DNA of 64,000 nucleotides from Promethearchaeia archaeon (GTDB lineage Archaea; Asgardarchaeota; Lokiarchaeia; Sigyniarchaeales; SOKP01): NCBI GenBank assembly GCA_029856145.1, contig JAHQWK010000023.1, positions 1 to 64,000 of the forward strand, read 5' to 3'. Shown piece by piece: positions 58,748 to 64,000 of this stretch (position 1 is its first letter; each line of letters starts with the position of its first letter). The notes under the pieces were generated by a model. It saw only the letters and a program-made list of their open reading frames with translations, ran no database searches and was not told where the DNA came from. The position numbers and the translations under genes were made by a program.

Positions 58748-61606
58748 ATGGAAGTTTTTTTGAAAAGGGCTGAACGTTCTTTTAAGAGTAAGATTGGAGA
58801 AGATAAAACAAATACTATTTTAAATAATATAAAAAAAGCTACTAATGAAATTCCTGCTAAATTCAGGAGAACAATTGGTTCAGAAATACCGAAATTCTTA
58901 TTTAATTACTCACAAGAGATTGAAGATGTGTCTCCTGCGATTACTGAGGGTGTTTTGAATTATATTTTCATATTTGCAGAGTCATTGAAAGATCTCGTAA
59001 ATAAGGATAGAAATCAAGTAAATCAAATGTTAATAAATAGAAGTAATAGTGAAATGCGAAATCTTTCAGATTTATTAAATGCATTTGTTGAAAAAGCAAA
59101 AAAAGGTGAAGCAATAGAAAATCTCGAAACTTTTGAAGATTTATTGATATATATGGTTGGTGGAAAAGCAGAAGTCACCCAGATGAACGATGTTGAATTA
59201 TTTTTTAAGCGAGCTGATAAGAATTTTTCTGAAAGATTAGGAGAAGTAAAATTTCAATTTTATTCAGAAGAACTTAAGAAATCATTCAAACAAATCGATG
59301 AATTACATCGAGATCAAATGAGCTCCGAAATTTCAAAATATTTATTCAAGTTCTCCCAAAATATTGATAACTTTTCTACAGAAACATTAGACAGTATATT
59401 GGCACAAATTTTGTTATTTTCTAATTCAATAACTGATTTAGATGGAAAAACATGGGATCAAATTAATCAAGAAATAAGAAGAAGAAGTAACAATAAATTG
59501 CATTCTTTAGTTGATTTATTCAAAGCGTTTTTAGAAGAAGCTAAAGAAGGAAATTTATTAGAAAATAACAATGAACTTGAAGATATATTAACTCATTTAT
59601 TTGGAGAAGAAGAAGAGCGAGTTCAATTTACAGATATAGAAGCTTTTTTAAAAAGAGCAGAAAAAAAATATGCATTAATTCTCGGACAAGATATGATTCA
59701 AATGCTTATGGAAGAACTATTAGATGCAATTGATCAAATTCCCGAGCAACATAGAGAGTACCTCGGATCGGATCTTGCAAAATATTTATTTAAATATTCA
59801 GAAACCGCTTCAATTCACGATCCAGAGAATTTAGAATTAATATTTAATGGAGCAATTATGTTCGCTAATTCATTGGTCGATATTGGGGATTCAAATAAGG
59901 CAGAAGTTAATCAATTCATTATAAATAGATCGAATCATAAAGTCCGTGGATTATTCGATTTATATCTAGCATTTCTTGAAAAAAATAAAGTTCGTATGCC
60001 TTTTTCTCTAGAACCAAATTTTGATGAAATCCTTGTTCATACACTGGGGAGATATAGTGGTCCGAAAGTTCTAGAGCAAGGAGGATTAATTCATGACTTA
60101 TTGTTAGATCATCATGAAGAAATTCCATCAGCAATCGAGCATTCAAGTTGGGCGAAAGCTTTAATTGAAATAATCCCTCGCTATTTAGATATTCTACCAA
60201 AAGCTGAAGGAGATCGAATTTTAGACTTTTTATGGGAAAACAAATTACCAGAGGATGAAATTATTGAGAAATATAGAACTAAAATTTTGGAATTTCCTAG
60301 AGAAAAAGAAAAAACATTCATGTTCAGATTAATGAATATGCTAACAAATCAGATTTTAGTTGATGAAGTGAAAGACAAAGTATTAGCAGGATCTTTAGCT
60401 CTTAGAATCCTTGGAGGCATTTTTGTGGAAATTTTTGGTGGACGAAATGCCCAAATACGAGCAATTCGGCTTAATCAATTATTAAAAGATAGAAAAGTTT
60501 CAAATTTAGAAAATAAAAAGAAAATTGATGAGCACATTAACAAAATACTGGAAGAAGATTTGAAAGCTATTCAAAAAAGAACTATGACAATAAACACTAT
60601 TATTCCAATATTGACTAAGAAAAGATATTTCATTAAAACTTACGATATAGTTACAAAAGACTTTCCAGAATTTATTGTCAAAATGATCACTGTGAGAGAG
60701 GAGGAGCGATTGAAGGATATTGGTGAAGAATATAAGAAGCCAGGCATTTCAGGAGAGTTAATACAACTAGTTAATGATTTTTTGATTGAGCTTGAATTAG
60801 CAAGAAGATTCTATAAAAAATATTTTGAAGAAATGTATTCAATAGCTATGGATGCTCAAAAAAATATGTTAACTATTAGAAAATTCTTTAAATCTTTGGT
60901 GGAACTTAGTGACAATATAGAAGCTATTGAGTTTTTTGAGAGACCTATTGCAAATACAGAACACACGATTTACATTTCGTTATTAAAATATTTGTATGAG
61001 TGTTTACCAGAAGTGTTTGAGATAACTCGAACCATTCTTGATGAACAAGAATATCAAAAGAAGATAATGAAATTAGATACTTATCTAAGTAATTGGAAAC
61101 TAGAACAACTAAATTTAGAAATCAGAGAAACTGAAAACAAAATTAATGAATATGAAGAGATGGAAGAATGGGACGCTACAGATAAGATAAGGAATTTAAC
61201 TAAATTTCTTAATAGGGACAAAAATGAGCTTAAATTCTATGATATAATGTTTAAACTCCTCAAAGAAACAGAAAAAGCTGGTGAAATTATAAATAAAAGA
61301 TTAGATTTCTCAAAAAATCTTTTAAAATTTTCAGACTCTATAAAAAAGGTACATCCCAACCTCCCAGCAGCTTTAAATGATTACTTGGAAAATTTATATG
61401 ACTTCACTCAAGAAATAGATAAAATCATAGAAGAATTAAAAAAGAAAAGTTCTTCTGGTATTATATCTCCTTTTGATTTTAGAGAAAGGAATGATGCAGC
61501 AGAAATATCAAAAAAAGAATTAAAATCTCTCTGTTCAAATGAAGATTTTATGAATCATATTAAATCTATGTTAGAAATCTCAAAAACAAATAAGTTACAA
61601 TATTAA
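58748..61606 (+). CDS. Large helical protein with three 148-aa N-terminal repeats and coiled-coil C-terminus
   Basis: E.F.KRA / ..K[FY]LF.[YF]S / RSN....L.DL..AF.E recur at aa 1, 149 and 297. Confidence 0.8.
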   Translation: MEVFLKRAERSFKSKIGEDKTNTILNNIKKATNEIPAKFRRTIGSEIPKFLFNYSQEIEDVSPAITEGVLNYIFIFAESLKDLVNKDRNQVNQMLINRSNSEMRNLSDLLNAFVEKAKKGEAIENLETFEDLLIYMVGGKAEVTQMNDVELFFKRADKNFSERLGEVKFQFYSEELKKSFKQIDELHRDQMSSEISKYLFKFSQNIDNFSTETLDSILAQILLFSNSITDLDGKTWDQINQEIRRRSNNKLHSLVDLFKAFLEEAKEGNLLENNNELEDILTHLFGEEEERVQFTDIEAFLKRAEKKYALILGQDMIQMLMEELLDAIDQIPEQHREYLGSDLAKYLFKYSETASIHDPENLELIFNGAIMFANSLVDIGDSNKAEVNQFIINRSNHKVRGLFDLYLAFLEKNKVRMPFSLEPNFDEILVHTLGRYSGPKVLEQGGLIHDLLLDHHEEIPSAIEHSSWAKALIEIIPRYLDILPKAEGDRILDFLWENKLPEDEIIEKYRTKILEFPREKEKTFMFRLMNMLTNQILVDEVKDKVLAGSLALRILGGIFVEIFGGRNAQIRAIRLNQLLKDRKVSNLENKKKIDEHINKILEEDLKAIQKRTMTINTIIPILTKKRYFIKTYDIVTKDFPEFIVKMITVREEERLKDIGEEYKKPGISGELIQLVNDFLIELELARRFYKKYFEEMYSIAMDAQKNMLTIRKFFKSLVELSDNIEAIEFFERPIANTEHTIYISLLKYLYECLPEVFEITRTILDEQEYQKKIMKLDTYLSNWKLEQLNLEIRETENKINEYEEMEEWDATDKIRNLTKFLNRDKNELKFYDIMFKLLKETEKAGEIINKRLDFSKNLLKFSDSIKKVHPNLPAALNDYLENLYDFTQEIDKIIEELKKKSSSGIISPFDFRERNDAAEISKKELKSLCSNEDFMNHIKSMLEISKTNKLQY

Positions 61607-61620
61607 GAAAAGAATTTTAT

Positions 61621-63066
61621 TCAATCAATCTCAAGAATCCTTTTTACTAATTTTTTCTTTTCTGCTAAATTAGCTTGACGAGATATCATAATTCTTTGTG
61701 CTTGAGGAGACCCCGCTCCATGCATAGACTCTGTTTTATAACTGACAGAAGCTACACCCATAGTTAGGTTCTCTATAAAACGTAAAACTTTATATCTATC
61801 TTCAGCACAAATTCCTTCACATGTAGTCAAGTACTTTTCAATTAAAGGCCCTATTTCTTCCGATTTAAGATCTGCCTCAGAAGGCATTGTACAAATCATA
61901 CCTCCTGCAATATCTTCAGCAAGTCTTCCAATTTCATAGGGAAAGCGTGTAACATTTTGTTTACATACATTAGCTAATAACATATCCATTTCATAGTTTC
62001 CTGCTTCTCTTTGAAAACCTAATGAACTACATGCAATCCCACAACTATATAAAGTTTCATTTAAATGTGTCATTTCAACAAGTTTATCTCTAATATGTGA
62101 TGCTTTTTCAGTACCATTATATTCTGAGATTAGAGCTGTCGCTCCTATTAACACGTCTCCAACACCCACTTTACATCCACCATAAGATTGTCGGTGAAAT
62201 CCTGCAAATCGATTAACTAATTCTCCCGAAAATTCAACTTCACCCTTCATAAAAATATTTTCTTTAGGAATAAAGACATCATCGAAGATTACAAAAATTT
62301 CTTGACCTCCATACTTGAAATTACCGATATCTAATTTACCATCTTCTATCTTCCGTGTATCGCACGATTGTCTCCCATATACTAATGTTATTCCCTTTTC
62401 ATTTGTATCTATTCCAAAACTTACAGCATATTCCTCTTCACCTAGTCTTAATGAAAGAGTAGGCATAATGATTGCCCGATGTGAGTTAAGAAATCCTGTT
62501 TGATGTACTTTAGCCCCTCTAACTATGAGCCCATCATCATTCTCATTAACTATATGTAGATAAGCATCAGGATCTGGTTGATCTTTGGGTCTTTTACTTC
62601 GATCTCCCTTAGTATCTGTCATTGCCCCATCAACCATTAGATCTTGTATTTGAACTTCAGTCCAATATTTTATAAATCGTTTATGATAGTTTGTATTATT
62701 TTTTTTATCCATTTCATAAGTAATACTGTATAAAGCATTCGCAGTGTCAAAACCTACACATCTTTGAAAACAACAGACTGTATATTGCCCCAATAATCTT
62801 TGCATTTTAACTTTTTTTACTAAATCCTCTGTAGATTGGTGAATATGAGTGAATCGATTTATGATTTCTCCAGTAAGATGTGATTTTGTCGTCATTATAT
62901 CTTTATATTCTTCCATTTGGGCTAATTCATAAATCTTCATTACAGTATTAATTGAAGGTTTGATAATCGGATGATTCCAAAATTCCTTTACTTTTTCACC
63001 AAACAAATATAAATTTACTGGACGTTTAATACTTTCTAAATACTCTTCAGGTGTTTTTAATGGCAT
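61621..63066 (-). CDS. abfD: 4-hydroxybutyryl-CoA dehydratase (HpaB/AbfD family)
   Basis: CFQRCVGFD, GAMTDTKGDR, FHRQSYGGCK, ESMHGAGSPQAQ. Confidence 0.9.
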   Translation of the reverse strand: MPLKTPEEYLESIKRPVNLYLFGEKVKEFWNHPIIKPSINTVMKIYELAQMEEYKDIMTTKSHLTGEIINRFTHIHQSTEDLVKKVKMQRLLGQYTVCCFQRCVGFDTANALYSITYEMDKKNNTNYHKRFIKYWTEVQIQDLMVDGAMTDTKGDRSKRPKDQPDPDAYLHIVNENDDGLIVRGAKVHQTGFLNSHRAIIMPTLSLRLGEEEYAVSFGIDTNEKGITLVYGRQSCDTRKIEDGKLDIGNFKYGGQEIFVIFDDVFIPKENIFMKGEVEFSGELVNRFAGFHRQSYGGCKVGVGDVLIGATALISEYNGTEKASHIRDKLVEMTHLNETLYSCGIACSSLGFQREAGNYEMDMLLANVCKQNVTRFPYEIGRLAEDIAGGMICTMPSEADLKSEEIGPLIEKYLTTCEGICAEDRYKVLRFIENLTMGVASVSYKTESMHGAGSPQAQRIMISRQANLAEKKKLVKRILEID

Positions 63067-63166
63067 GATCTAGTTAATTCTTATAATTTTGTATTAGTTA
63101 ATTAGAAGAAAATTGAATTTTTATAGATACCTAAATTAAATAATGAGAGAAATTAAGCTTTTAATT

Positions 63167-64000
63167 CTATTTTTTTCTATTTACACACGCTTTGATAAAG
63201 TCTAAGTAAAGGGGGGATGGATTATACGGACGTGATTTAAATTCGGGATGGAATTGAGTACCAACCATCCAATGATCTTTTCTATCTAATTCTATACTAT
63301 TAATTATTTTTCCAGTTTCATCTCGGCTAGATACTCGCAAACCTTTTTCTTTGGCTTCAATATTTATAAATTTCTCTTGAATGTGAAATCTATGTCGATA
63401 CCGTTCAAATATTTCCTCTTGTTTATATGCTTCATAAAGCCGTGTACCTTTCTCAACAACTATTTTTTGAGCACCTAATCTCATAGTGCCACCAATTTCA
63501 GTTACTCCTTTCTGACTTTCTAAAATATCTACAACGGGATATGGAGTATTAGGATCAATTTCAGTTGAATTTGCTTTTTTTAAACCCAGATATTTTCTAC
63601 AGAAAGCTACAAAAAATAATTGAGCTCCGAAGCATATTCCAAGAAAGGGAATTTTTTCTTCCATAGCATATTCTGCTGATTTTATCATCCCTTCTACTGC
63701 TCTTTCCCCAAATCCAGGAGTAAGTAAAATACCATCACAATCTTTCAGCTGTTCCATAATATTTGTATTTCCTTCTATATTAACCATTTTCAATTCTGTT
63801 TTATACCCTAAATGAGCAGCAGCGTCTTCTAAAGCAACATTAATAGAAATATAAGAATCTGAAATGTTAAAATATTTTCCTGGCATTCCGATTTTAACGG
63901 TTTTTTTAGCTTTTTTAAATAGTTCAACCATCTTTACCCATTCAGAGTAATTTGTTACCTCACTATAGGCAACCAATTTTGCCTTCAAATCAATAAGTTC
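63167..64000 (-). CDS. pyrG: CTP synthase, glutaminase half (5' end outside window)
   Basis: GKY...DSYISI, PGFGER, GICFG, GGTMRLG, ERYRHR, QFHPEFKSRP; frame open to the window end. Confidence 0.95.
   Translation of the reverse strand, partial: ELIDLKAKLVAYSEVTNYSEWVKMVELFKKAKKTVKIGMPGKYFNISDSYISINVALEDAAAHLGYKTELKMVNIEGNTNIMEQLKDCDGILLTPGFGERAVEGMIKSAEYAMEEKIPFLGICFGAQLFFVAFCRKYLGLKKANSTEIDPNTPYPVVDILESQKGVTEIGGTMRLGAQKIVVEKGTRLYEAYKQEEIFERYRHRFHIQEKFINIEAKEKGLRVSSRDETGKIINSIELDRKDHWMVGTQFHPEFKSRPYNPSPLYLDFIKACVNRKK

Noticed and set aside
1581-62503. Many short antisense or alternate-frame ORFs in the track (e.g. 3974..4330, 5482..5949, 26058..26438, 27730..28140, 38829..39176, 54983..55291)
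   Set aside because: They are shadows of well-supported genes and have no motifs of their own.
1-64000. CRISPR arrays, tRNA/rRNA genes, transposases, integrases or prophage genes
   Set aside because: No regularly spaced repeats, cloverleaf or T-loop motifs, or mobile-element proteins were recognised by eye.

Overview
AT-rich archaeal DNA, most consistent with an Asgard archaeon (Lokiarchaeia-like). This is inferred from the longin-domain paralogs, an MglA/MglB-type GTPase pair, archaeal uS10/RPA/SRP RNA, a C4C4 RING protein and a Bud23-like methyltransferase. Most of the window is housekeeping and metabolic: gdhA, NfnAB/SudAB, guaA, pepF, glnA, carAB, dmsAB-like, thiolase, 4-hydroxybutyryl-CoA dehydratase and partial pyrG. 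No CRISPR array, tRNA, rRNA or transposase was seen. The most notable signal is missed by the ORF track: two tandem minus-strand mini-genes (24342-24479, 24709-24864). Each has an in-frame TGA in a conserved [S/C]-T-[S/G]-TGA-G context that separates an acidic half from a basic half. Each is followed directly by a copy of the same ~62-nt three-helix RNA element, which is not a canonical SECIS. They are candidate small selenoproteins with a candidate new recoding element. Other highlights: a free-standing pseudoknotted ncRNA candidate (8003-8163); at least five genes, including rpsJ and dmsA, whose expected N-terminus requires an ATA/ATT/ATC start; and an MglB-MglA-Regnase-like PIN RNase-MFS operon. 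All family calls come from motif recognition by eye, not database searches.
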